DNA from: Oikopleura dioica
Lineage: Eukaryota; Animalia; Chordata
NCBI GenBank assembly: GCA_907165135.1
Contig: OU015569.1
Location: 558,001 to 622,000 of the forward strand
Reading direction: 5' to 3'
Length of the DNA: 64,000 nt
Both the position numbers and the translations under genes were made by a program. Below, piece by piece: positions 10,883 to 22,514 of this stretch (its first letter is position 1; every line of letters begins with the position of its first letter). The notes below the pieces were generated by a model. It was given only the letters and a program-made list of their open reading frames with translations. It did not search any database and was not told the origin of the DNA.

Positions 10883-12449
10883 TCAGGCAGTGAAGGACTC
10901 GGCATTCTTCGACTTCCAGAGCGAGACCCGATGAATGTTATTTTCACGAAAGAAGGCGCATTTTCGCGTTGGACCAGCGCCGACTACTTCCCGATCGATC
11001 CCTCGCTTTCTAGCTGCAAAGCCAAGTTTCAATTCCGAAATTTGAAAACTTTCTTTCTCACCTTTCTGATTCGCCTCTTCTTCTTCGTTTTCGAACTCGT
11101 GCTCCCACTCCACTTCGGCACAGTTTTTCGCCATTGCTTCTGTCGCCGTTCCCCAAGAAAGCCGCGCGTATGTAGGAAGTCTAAAATTTTTGTTAAAAAA
11201 ATTTGTCGGTATTTCTGTCGCTGCGTCAATTTTCGCGCTGTCTTACCCAAAGACATGATCCAAATGTTGTCGAATCCAGTTTTTGGTTTTGGGATCTCCC
11301 GGGTATCCGGAGCCGACCTCGATGGATTTGTCCACGGCCGGCTCGACGTGGTCCCAGTTGTGCACCAACTTGTCGCGCGTCACTTTCGCCACGATGGAAG
11401 CAGCGCCGACGATCGGATAAGTCGCGTCGGCTTTGCTCTCAACTCTGATCGACAGCTGCGGGAAGAATCGAAGCAGCTTTTCCTGGTACTTCTCTGGCTT
11501 TCCAACTGTGTCCACGAATACTGCAAATTTTAGTTGACTAACAGGAAAAAACAGCAGTAACCAGGACACTCAGCCAATAACTAATTTGCAATTAACCATG
11601 AAACAAGAAGAATCGAGAATCCGAATCTTGCGGTTTCTAGCTGAAAAAGTAAAGAAGCCGCGCTTCGCGCGGCTTTCACACTTTTCTTTCTTGAAGCCGC
11701 AAGATTCTGCTTCTCGATTCTTCTTGTTTCATGGTTAATTGCAAATAAGTGATTCGCTGAGTGTCCCGATTATTTTGAAAAATGCTGGAATACAAAGTAT
11801 GAGGATGTGTTTACTAACCTTCTTTGACGTTAACTTTGTGGTGGTCGAGGACACGTCTGATCATGGAAATAGCTGTGTCGTGGGACATTTCGTTTAAATT
11901 GTACTTCGCTCTTCGGAGCATGGATTTGGAGATGTAGGCTGGCGGGAGGACGACGCCAGTGTAGCCGACCCACTTGCATTTGTCGATCGATTTGAGCATC
12001 CGTTCTCGGTCGATTTCCTCGAGCTGCTTGGAGTCGTTGGCGCCGATGTCGTCCCGCACTTTCTGGTGCTCGCCTAAATTTCACAGTTCCGGAGTTTGCT
12101 TGAGCTAATTTGAGCTCACTGATGACACAGAAGGCGGCGGAGTAGACCATTGGGCCGTTTACTGGTCCGCGGCCTGCTTCGTCGATTCCAAGGCAGTATT
12201 CTTCTGATTTGTCTGAAAAAGAGCTTTCGCGAATTCGAAAATGGGATAATTTGGAATTTTATAAAATGGCGAAAGTTGCGAAAACCGTTCCTAACCCATC
12301 GGGAACAAAATCGAACAACTGAAGCTCTAGCGAATCGGCAACTTGAGTGTTGGATCCAGATTCTGGAATGAAATCTTCGTCGTCCAGAGCTTCCAGTTTT
12401 TCTGAAGCTCCGTCTTTTCCTTTTTGACGGCTTTCTTTTTCGGCGGCAT
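10883..12449 (-). CDS. RNASEH2A: Ribonuclease H2 catalytic subunit A
   Basis: LGIDEAGRGPV, NDSK, KYNLNEMSHDTA, VFVDTVG, KADATYPIVGAASIVAKVTRD, GSGYPGDPKTK. Exon 1 needs a 1-nt correction at the run 12397-12401 and probably uses a GG donor. Confidence 0.93.
11565..11768. mobile_element. Palindromic MITE-like element in RNASEH2A intron
   Basis: ggacactcagc...atttgcaattaaccatgaaacaagaagaatcgagaa mirrored by ttctcgattcttcttgtttcatggttaattgcaaat...gctgagtgtcc. Confidence 0.75.
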
Positions 12450-13399
12450 TCTGAAAAGAAAAATGGAAAAAAGAAGTTTGAACGGAATTGGTTTATAACA
12501 ACGTGCAGTCGGGTGCGTTGATTAGTTGCATATTGTTGATACTGTAAGGAAAGCATTTGTACTGAAAAGAAAGAGCGGAGGCTGAAGCAAGGTTGAGTTG
12601 AAAACACGATGCTTTCAAAAAAGTAAGTGCACGAGCTTGTGTTTTTCAGTTTTGGTTTTCAGGGCGTACACTTGGTAAAAGACGATTCTCTCTTTTGAAA
12701 ATAGAGAAATTTAAAAATACAAACTTGATTTTTTTTTTTTGAACTTTAAAGAATCCGAAAAGTATTGATGATTCAGGTGAAGATTTATTGGTTTCTCTTT
12801 TTTTGTATGACATGCAAAATTATTAATCAGAAATAAATGAATCCTACTTTTTTGGGGGAAAGTTAGCACTAGAAAGAGGAGATTCCTAGGATGGGGGTAG
12901 GGCAAAAACTGGGGGTCCTGGGGGATGGTGGGGTTGGCTCAACGATGAACAAAATAAAGGTCTCTGATTGGATCAGAGAGCCATCCTCCCTCTCCCCCAA
13001 TTGCCGAGCCGGTGGATTTGCCCCCATAGGTAAATACTCTTTGTTGATTTCAACAAGTTATTTCTTTGAATTTTTAGACTTAGAAAAAGGCCTAAAAGGG
13101 AAAATAAAAAGCGAGAATAAATAAAATAAAAGTTCAAGGAGTTTTTCAAAAGTGCATTATTCCAGAAAGTGAGTTTAGTTTGATTTTGATTTAGTAAAAG
13201 GTATATTTTGTAGATTAAATGAAAACACCTTGATGCGCCGCAGGTGGCAGAAAATAAATATATAAAGAAATGATTCGATGAAGACTGAGAAGGGAACTTG
13301 AAACAGGGAGAACTTGAACATAAGAAAAATCAACAAAGAAGAATAGAAGTTATCTGTTGCGCTGAATTGAATAAGAACACGAAAAGGGAAAACGCTCCG

Positions 13400-13740
13400 T
13401 TCCCGGGCTGAGTTGGATTTTTGAGCTGAGCTGGCTCAAAACACGCCTCAGCTCAAGCTCGAACTGAGAGGGCTCAAGCTGAGCTAGCTCAAAACCTAGC
13501 TAAGCTAGAATTGAGCTGGCTCAGATAGCTCAGCTCAGAGGAAATAGAAATCAAATTGAGCCAGCTCAAGAAAAGCTGCCTAATTTTTCGTCCGTCCGAG
13601 CTCTGCTACCTGAGCTCGCTCGAATCGAGCTGAGCTGTTTTTGAGCTATCTCGGGTTGAGCTGGCCTAATTTGAGTTTGAGCTTAGCCGCATTTCATCGG
13701 GGCTCAGCTAGCTTAGCTGGAAAAATATAACTCTGAGCAG
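13400..13740. repeat. Intergenic element made of degenerate gagct/agctc subrepeats
   Basis: Dense clustering of gagctgagct/agctcagctc motifs in both orientations; non-coding. Confidence 0.5.
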
Positions 13741-14047
13741 GTTTATCGACATCTGAGAATCAACATTTCGAGTATCCCTTCTTTCCAAAGGATGGAAAAC
13801 TAAGTGAGCGGTGATTGGAATAAAAAAATGATGATCAGAAATCGTAAAAGAGGCGTTTTTTCTTCAAAGTAGGACACTGAGTCGGGCGATTGGCAAAATG
13901 ACATCCAGTGGACTGTAATTATTTACAACGGTTTTGGCGGCTAGTGGCAGGAGCGCGGATTTATTTTTTGTGTAAGTGAATTTTAAAGAAAGACTTTCCA
14001 CGTGACGTAGCATGGATTACGGAAAGCAGGACTTTCAGAACGGGAAT

Positions 14048-17000
14048 TTAACTAATTGCAGAGAATAAGTCGGAGTCGGGCTGCATCAAATCGGGCGGCA
14101 GAGGTTCGTAACTTTGGAAGTCAGGTCGCGAGTCCAGATTCAGCCAATCCAACTCGTCCGATTTCAGGTTCTCGTTCGTATGTGCTTTTTGGGACAGCGA
14201 CTTTTAACATCAATAATGGCTAAGGTGGGGAAAAGCTGGAAGGGGGAGGGGGTTCGCAAGACCGCCATTGGCTGAGGCAAAATATAATGGCTTCTGATTG
14301 GCTTCGAAGGCCCTTGAAACTCACAAAAATATATTAATATCTCAAAAGCTTAGTTTGATTTTAACTTTTTGAAAAATCAACAAAAACACAAATCCATTAA
14401 AGAATTCGTTAATTTCCCCTGATTCTAGAAACTCAAATATTTGAGCGAGTCGAAAATCTCTAGAATCAGTTGAATTTTAAATTCAGTTATGAAATCACTT
14501 CTGCCCAGGTATTTGCTGCAACAATCGGAAATTTGAGTTTTAATTTTCATCAGAAAGTAAGTTTGACTTCAGTTTTTCGATCTGCGTCTGAAAATTTCTT
14601 ATAGAAAAAATCAAAATTTACAAAAGCAAAATGAGAATCAAAAACTTTCTAGAACAGTTCACTATTTTAAACTCGGGATCTTGATTTTTCCATAAGAAAT
14701 TTTCAGACGCAGATCGAAAAACTGAAGTCAAACTTACTTTTTGATGAAGATTAAAGCTCAAATTTCCGATTATTGCAGAAAATACCTGGGCAGAAGTGAT
14801 TTCATAACTGAATTTGAAATTCAACTGATTCTAGAGATTTTTTGCTTGTTCAATTATTTTAGTTTCTAGAATGAGAGGAAATGAGGGAATTCTGAGTTGG
14901 GTTTCAGTTTCGGTTACTTTTGTAGTAGATAGTCCCGCGTTCCTGAGGCTAGCTGCTGCAAGTTCTGCGTGTGCGAGTGATCGTAGTGCGAGTTGGCCAT
15001 CGACACGATCGGGGGCTGCTGTTGAATATGGCTTGGGTTGCCGTTGGGCAGCGATTGCATGTTGCAGTAGCGAGCGTTCGAGTTTTGACTTGGGTGGTGC
15101 TGGTTTTGGACTTGGCTTGGATTTGAAGACTTGGCTGTTGTGTCAGGTTGGGGAGCGTTGAATGGCGCCGTCTGGAAGAGCAGCTTGTCCAGTTCCATCG
15201 AGGGCGTCTCTTCTGACTGCGGAGCTACCCGCCGCGCTGCGGCTGGTGGGACAGGTTGTTCTCGTGCTTCAGGTTGAACGACTGGAGGCCGAACATCGAC
15301 GAGTCGGAACTTTAGCAAAATTAAGTTAGCAATGGTTGATTGTCAAATTTCTAAACAGGTTGGCGAGTCTAAGAGCGCGTTCTTACCGGGGCTGACTGTC
15401 GAAGAACTGTTTCATGGCGATGGCGTGGGTCGGTGTGGGGAGGTGATGGACGTCGGGGGCGGAGACGGGGATCGACGAAGGCAGACTCGTGCAAATCTCC
15501 ATCGGCGTCGGATTGACGCTCGAGCGGTTGTTGTTGCCGCTGTTCTGCAGGTTCTGGATCATTTCTTCCTGGCGCTTGATGGTTTCCTGCATCTCGCGCA
15601 TTTTCTTCTGCATTTCGCAGTGCTCCGGCGAGCTCTTCTTGCCGAAGTGGCCCATGAGCCGCTCTACCAAAGCATCTTTAGAGCCCGAAACCGACAAGCC
15701 GTTTTTTCGACAGAAATCTTTCAACGCTGCCAAAAAAGAAGAACATCAATGTCAACGATCATGCAAAAGGGAGAATCCCTACCTTTGACTTTGTACTCGT
15801 TGCGGCGCTCTGGATCGAAGCGCTGCTGCTCTTTGGGACGCAGACTGTCGACCAAGGGCGGCGGAGTCGGCGGCACTTGGTTGTGGGGAGGCGGCGGCAC
15901 CAGCTTCGCGTTCACCACGTGGAAAGTCGCCTGAAATTCTAGTGTGAAATCTAGTAACAAAGCTTTCTTCAAAAGAAGAAGATCTGGGATGAGCTGGCTT
16001 AGAAAATTTGTGTCTACTAATACTTATTCGACATTTCTAGACATTCATAGACATTTATGAATATTTGTAGACATTTTAAGATATCTGCAGATATCTACGA
16101 ACATTTATAGACATCTTTAAATGTTTGAAAATGTCCCTGAAGTTAGTCACATTAGTCGAAATTACAAGTCAGTTTTAAGAGTCGCACACATCTTACTCTA
16201 ACATTTGGAGAAGGCTGGGGCGAAGGGGCCATGATTTTGTTCCTCTGTTGGATCTCGCGCATGAGCTGGTCGCCGATGGCTTGGGGAGCGGGGAGGATCA
16301 GCGGCGAGCGTTCGTTCTTTCCGAAGCTCTGTTGCAGCATCGGATCGAAGCTCTCCTTCGGCTTCGACTGCTCGATGTGTTGCTGAAGATTATCCATCTA
16401 AGATCAAGATTTTAAGCCTTTTTCTCTTTCCAGAGCGGTTTTAACCTCTAAGAGCAGCTGTTGCTGGCGCAGGCGATCCTCGTACGACTCTTGAGTTGTC
16501 GACTGAAACAAAAATGTAAAGAAAAACTCGAAAATGGGGCTTTACTTTGATAGATTCTTTCTTGGTCTTGTTTTCGGCGGGCGAGTAGACGTGGAACTTG
16601 AACTTCGAGCGCTTGTGCATCTTTTGGGTTTGCTTTCTAGAGCAGCGGCTATCACCGATGCGCGATGACGGGCGCGAGCTAAGAGCAATTATTACTATTT
16701 TGGCGATTTCGAGACATTTATTTCTGATATTTTCTTCGAGTAGTGTTACCTTTGGTTGAAGTCGAAATCGCTGTCGAAATTGAGGCTCTGTCCTGGAGGC
16801 GAGCCGCCCGGGGAGTCGCCGAACGTCTGCTCGGTGAAGTAGTTGTCGTGGATCTTTTGCTTGATGCTTTCGTCGACTGGAAGAATGTTGCGCTGGATGA
16901 GCTCGATCGGGCCCGGACGCGAGCCGATCTTCATGTTCAGCTGGTCCTGGAGCTGCGCGCGCTGCAGATTCTTCTGCGAGTTCGCCAGCGATGGGCTCAC

Positions 17001-17386
17001 ATTGTTGTCTTCCAGAATGTGATACTAAAATCGTCGTCAGAAATAGTCGTTTTGAAAAGAAGAAAAACCTCGATTAGCGTTTTTCGATCGGGGCGCTGGG
17101 CGATCTTGTTTTTCAAATAGTCTTCCGTTTTTCTTCTTGCCAGGCATTTGCTTTCATAGAAATGGCTTGGAGGCGTTTTCGGCGCTAGAAACGTTGATTT
17201 TTCGAAGATAAAATGAACATACGTGGCAGAATCCCGTGTTGTTGAAGAGTCATTGGGTCCCGTCTAGTGAGAAGTCCGCGTTCGAGCGCTAGAATCAATT
17301 AAGGGAGCTAGAACCTAATTTAAGTTTTTACCTTGGCGGCGCTGGCCCATCGGGCCCAGGTCGTGAATGATGTCGCAACCCATCAT
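14048..17386 (-). CDS. MRTF: Myocardin-related transcription factor (MRTF/MKL)
   Basis: Three RPEL repeats (RRDPMTLQQHGILP; QRPDRKTLIEYHIL; SRPGPIELIQRNILP), basic region SKFKFHVY, SAP domain (YKVKALKDFCRKNGLSVSGSKDALVERL), coiled coil, acidic C-terminus. Confidence 0.88.
14454..14842. mobile_element. Foldback element with ~150-bp inverted arms in last MRTF intron
   Basis: aaaatctctagaatcagttgaatttt...tctgcgtctgaaaatttctta mirrored by taagaaattttcagacgcaga...caactgattctagagatttt. Confidence 0.8.
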
Positions 17387-18044
17387 GTCTTCTGATGAGT
17401 CCCTTTTAACGATTTTAAACTGGGGCTAGAAATCATCTCGCCAAACGCATATGAACAAGGTCACATACGCACAATTTTAAGGATGAACAAGGCCACCTTC
17501 TATTTTCTTCCAAGGGAATTTAAAAACCGTTGCCTGATTTGTTGGTCGAGCTTTGCGCCCGAGAGAGAGTCCAGAGGCGTCTGAGAATGATACCCTCCCA
17601 AATGTGATGAGTCCATTTTCAATTTTGAAGTCTAATAGTTCTGAAAAGTGCAAATGTCATTATCGACCGTAATGAATGTTTTTCTTTGAATACATAAATG
17701 TGTGCTGTGTAAGAATAGGAAATATTAGCAGGTCTGAATTTCGGAATTTCTGCATTTCTGAAATCGTCAGTCGACCGAAATCAGCATCGACGTCATTTTT
17801 TTTTGTTGCTTCAAAAGAAAAAAGTGCGCAGAAAGAGTCAATCGAATGGAAAAGTCGGAAATATGATCCTTTTTTCCGCTTTTAGCTTTCTATTTCAGAA
17901 TATTTTTTGATAGAGCATTTTTTCGCGAGTCCAAAATAGAAACGAAGCACTTGAAATGGAAAAAAGGGACGAAACGAAAATGGCACATGTGAAAACGTTG
18001 CCTTGCGAGGAAAAAGAGAAGGAAACTTTCGGAACTTTTAGTTT

Positions 18045-19769
18045 TTAGCTGAGTCCGCGATATTGAATATTTGATTGGTCTTGGTCTTGGAGGAGGGTGA
18101 GCGGCTTCCACTTCCAGAACTGTTGGTAGATGGCGTAGACGATCACCAAAAGGATGAAGAAGGAAAACAGCACGCCCATCGCGATAGGTAGGGCTAGGTC
18201 CAGCGGGCGCACTGAAAATCGAATATGAAATAAGAGGACTTGAGTTTAACTTACCGAGATAGGCATGTAATTCAGCGAGAGAGCCATTATTGGGCGCTGG
18301 CTCGACACCGAGGAGGAAGCAGCAGAGCGGATAGAGGTCCAAGTTCGTGAACGGTTCTTGCTCTTCTCTTTTGTTCGCGAAGTCGGGTCCTCTAGCGAAG
18401 AAGATCGGATGCATGTCTGCAGAGTGCGGGTCGAAGCCGTGCATTCCCAGCAATCCGTAATTCGACTAAAACAACTTTAAATCAACTTTGCTTCATTTTT
18501 GAACTGACGAATTTGTTGCCTGTCTTTCCCCAGTCGTCTTCGGAGTAGACGATGGCGTAGCCGACTTCTGAGGAGAGCCAGATATCTTGAATTCGGTCGT
18601 TGTTCGAGTAATACAGATCGGCGGGGATCTCTTCTTTCAGCCACACTTTCAAATTTGGATCTTTCAGGTCAACCAGTCGCTATTTTTTGTTTGTGAAAAT
18701 GGCGTTGCAAGTTTTCGTACCTGGTACAAGAGTTCTTTCACAGAGTCATTCTTTGGCGCGATTCCGGCGTTGCAGTCGTACCCGTACGAGTTGTCGATGT
18801 CGATGAGTTCCATAAAGTCTTCGACGCGATCCAGAGTGATGATTTTCTCCTTGGACATCGTCGCCATTCCGTGATCGGCAGTGACGATGATGTTCGTTTT
18901 CCAAAAGATCGTTCTTTTCCAGCTGCTGGATCAAGTAGCCAAAGACGTTGTTCAGCCTAAATAAAATTTATTGATTTCCTGAGTTCAGAAAAACTGCGTA
19001 GCCTGTGTAGAAACCTGAGTAAGTGTCCTAAAATACCTTCAAACTCTTTCACGATCCTGACTCAGGTATCTACTCAGGTCCCCGAGGCAAAAATATACGT
19101 ACTCTTCTAGCTTGTCGTTGACTTCCTGGCTATCGGGGCCATACTTGTGTCCAGTTGCGTCAGGCTCTTCGAAGTAAAGTAAGCCAAGAGTAACGTCTTC
19201 GTACTGCAGCTGCTCAACGATCGTGTCTACCCGCGACATGAAGGGTTTGGAAGCATTGAAGGCCTCCCAATAAGTCGGCAGCTGCGATTTGAGCTCCGAG
19301 CCTACCCAGAACTGCACCGCCGACTTGTGGCCAGCCTTTTGGTTGGTTTTCCAAATCGGTTCACCGCCCCAAAACTCGGGGATTCGTTCCAAGACGAAGT
19401 GTTGTGGTAGTCGAAGCGCTTCCCAGTTTTCGGGTCTTTGAACTTGTTGGCCACGATTCCGTGCGACTCCTCGTGGAGACCCGTCACCATTGTCCAGTGA
19501 TTCGGGAAAGTTTGCGTTTGGAACTGATTCGTCATCCACTACAAAACAGATGAAATAGGGGTCCCCAGTTGTGGTGCTATTCTAACCTTTGCCCGGACTC
19601 CTTGATCAATAAAGTCGTGAAAGTGTTTCAAATCGAGCTGGTCGCGGTTCAAATAGTCCCAGCGAAAGCCATCCATTGAAATCATCAGCAGCTTGCTTCC
19701 GACATGTCTGGTGATTTTCGCGCTCGCAAGTGATAAGCAAATGCTACTTATCAAATAAACCGACTTCAT
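18045..19769 (-). CDS. Ectonucleotide pyrophosphatase/phosphodiesterase, ENPP4/5-like type I membrane protein
   Basis: Signal peptide, LLMISMDGFRWDY, TQTFPNHWTMVTGLHEESHGIVAN, LYFEEPDATGHKYGP, NIIVTADHGM, GMHGFD, C-terminal TM. Two apparent 1-nt homopolymer frameshifts (~19380, ~18900). Confidence 0.88.
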
Positions 19770-19997
19770 TTTTCGCCGTTTTTTGTTATAAAATTGGCAT
19801 CTGAAAAGAATCGGATTGAAAAAGAGGTTATTTTCCTAATCGTTCGTTGCCCAGAATCTGACGCAGATAAGTTGCAAATTACAGTTGCACGAGTCAAATA
19901 GCACGAGAAAATTTTAGATAGTCCGGCATCCCACAAGTCACTTATTGCTAATTTTTGAATACTTTTTTAGAAAAAACGCACACTCTTTTAAATTAAT

Positions 19998-21321
19998 CTA
20001 CAACTTCTCCACCGCGGCCACGTACGCCTTCAACGACTTCCCATGCTTCTTCGGGTCGACACAAAGAGCAGCAGATACAACTGCGAAATCGGCAACTGTC
20101 ACTTCTTTTCCGCAAACAAACTAATTCAAAAACGATTTCGGAAAATGGAAAAGTGTGGTTTTACCTTATTTTTGGAGAGATGGGCGTCTAAAGATTTCAG
20201 CTGGGCCATTCGCTCTTTCACCGCCGTGTTTGGGTCCGAAATGAGATCGGCTAGGTCCAGCCAGTTTTCAACTGAAACTTCGTTTGCTCCCTGAATGTAT
20301 CAATTATTGTGATTACTTCTTTTTTGGGCTGGGATTCGGAGCAAATTGATAATTTAGAAATGTGAATCGCCGAATCGTAAATAGGGGTGTCACAATGTTA
20401 ATTTTACCGTTTCTGGGTAGATATCCAAGAGCTTTCCGAAAAATCGCGAGACATTTCCAATTCCCGAAACTGTAGCGCCGCGGACTGAAATTGTCGTCTC
20501 CGGGACAGCAGTAGTGTAGATGACTGTGAGCACGACTTGGCCGGTGGTCTTGCCCTGGTTGGGCGTCGCTTTGAAGATTTGACAGTCGCAGCCAGTGGCA
20601 CTCGAGTGGACCAGCGTCTTGACTTCGACTTTAACGCGGTTCGCCAGTTGATCGCACATTTTCGAAAGACCTGGAAATTCAGATTTTTAATTACAATTCT
20701 AATTTATTTTGCCACAGCTAAACAGCCAACGCTCTTTTTTTCAATATGTGTGCAAATCCTGAGTCAGGGTTCCAAGAGAACTGAAGTAAAAAGCCGCGAA
20801 ATGGCTTTAACAAAATGACCATTTTACTCTTTTTTTTTCTCAAAATTTACTTTGAAACCCTGACTCAGTCTTCTCACTCAGGTTTCTGAGCCGAGATTTT
20901 TAACTCCATCAAAAATATTAGTTTTGCTCCTTTAAAAAAGTCGTATTTCAGAAATTTTCACCTGTGGGGATGCATTGCGATGGATTGATTTTCATAACAA
21001 TATCGAGGGGCTTCGATTTTTCGATGAATTTGACGCCGTTGTTCGATTTCGGAATAGTAGCTGCGCTCTTTGAAAGCACGCTCATTACTGTGTTCACTCG
21101 CGAGCTAGAAAGGGTTGATAGGTGCTGCTGGAAGTTGCCTTTTCTCACCTGAGAGAGTTAAGCTTGTCGAAGAGCTCGTTCTGCTGGCTTTCGACGACTT
21201 CGAGGTCGAGAGGAGCTGCGTCCGCCTGCGCGATGCTCTGGATCGGCGCCACTTTGTACATTATCTCTTTGTCCTCGATGCTGTACTGCTGGAGCACTGG
21301 TGCGATCTTATACATGGCCAT
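19998..21321 (-). CDS. AIMP2: Aminoacyl-tRNA synthetase complex-interacting protein 2 (p38/JTV-1)
   Basis: MAMYKIAPV...MYKV..., ESQQNELFDKL, PLDIVMKINP, VHSS, SGIGNVSRFF, and GST-C-like FVCGKEVTVADF follow the AIMP2 motif order. Confidence 0.75.
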
Positions 21322-21433
21322 TCTAGTTCGGAAAGGGTCAAGAAGTTGTTAGAGGAGGCAGGGCTGAGATTGAAGCTGGCGCGGCAGAAAGAATTTTTCA
21401 AAAAAAAAGACAATCTTCTTGAAATGGAATTCT

Positions 21434-22213
21434 TCAAAAGTCGCGTCTTCTCTTCCCGCCGTGGTTCTGTTCGTTCCTATTCTGGCCGCGGTAGTTTCCG
21501 CGATTGTTCGCGCGTCCCTTCGCCGGATTCCAGGGCTTCACGATCGGCGGCTTCATCGTGTACTCGGCCATTTGGACGCACTCTTTCATAAGTGCATCCC
21601 GCTCCGGGTGAAATCGATACGGATATTTTGCTTCTGAATCGATTTTACGAACGGGTCACGAGGAAAAGAGCATAAACAACCGCTGAGGATAAAATTAATG
21701 GAATAAATTTTTAAATGATTTTTTCGCTGAAATTAAACTTTTTTTTATATTTAACGAGATTTGGATTATTGATCAAAAATGACTGAAAATACGGTACCCA
21801 TTTGAACGGCGAAATATTTCTGAGGGGTCTCCATTCTAACGGATTAGATATTACTCAATAGAGTCCCCTTTTTAACGTATTTTCTAGCAACAACTTTTCA
21901 GATAATCCGTTAAAAAGGGGACCCTATTGAGGAACATTGAATCTTTTAGAATAAGGGCCCCATCAGAAATACATAATCCGTTAAAATGGGTCCTGTATAT
22001 TAATTTTGACTTACCCCAGTTGGTCGGCTCTCTCTGTCTTTGGAGCTGTTCTGTTCCGTTTTCTGGGGATGAGTTTTTGGATTCTGAGTTGTCCTCGTTG
22101 TCTGAGCCAGTTTGCGATTCTTGAGCTGAGCTTTGGGAGCGATTTCCTTGTGACTGCGTGGACTCGGATTCTTCCGACGAGGAGAGGCTGTTTGATTCAC
22201 TCGACTCGCTCAT
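21434..22213 (-). CDS. RAMAC: RNMT-activating mini-protein (RAM/FAM103A1)-like with acidic Ser-rich N-extension
   Basis: Exon 2 encodes KYPYRFHPERDALMKECVQMAEYTMKPPIVKPWNPAKGRANNRGN..., resembling RAM (RF..D....PPIV..WN plus N/R/G-rich tail). Joining exon 1 needs two 1-nt homopolymer corrections near 21655-21668. Confidence 0.55.
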
Positions 22214-22514
22214 TTTATCTGGATAATTTATCGTTGATTATTAATTTTCAACAACATCGAAAAAAAACATTTCAAAAGGAAGTTTCCCGGCGTGGAGCAA
22301 TAAATTTCTCAGGCGCAGTTCCCTGTTATGGGAAAATCGCCGCTGCGTTGGTACTTGAGTACTCCGGGAATCTCAGAATTTCGAGTATAAGTCTGATGAA
22401 AACAATTCGATACATACAGTGATGCAGCTATAATCTATAGCCTTTTATCGGATTTAATAATTTCCCTTTACAAATTGCAGTAAAACAAGAAAGTTTATAC
22501 AGAGTTCAATTTTT

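Noticed and set aside
16025-16125. Degenerate agacattt tandem units in an MRTF intron
   Set aside because: Low-complexity minisatellite-like sequence with no further structure.
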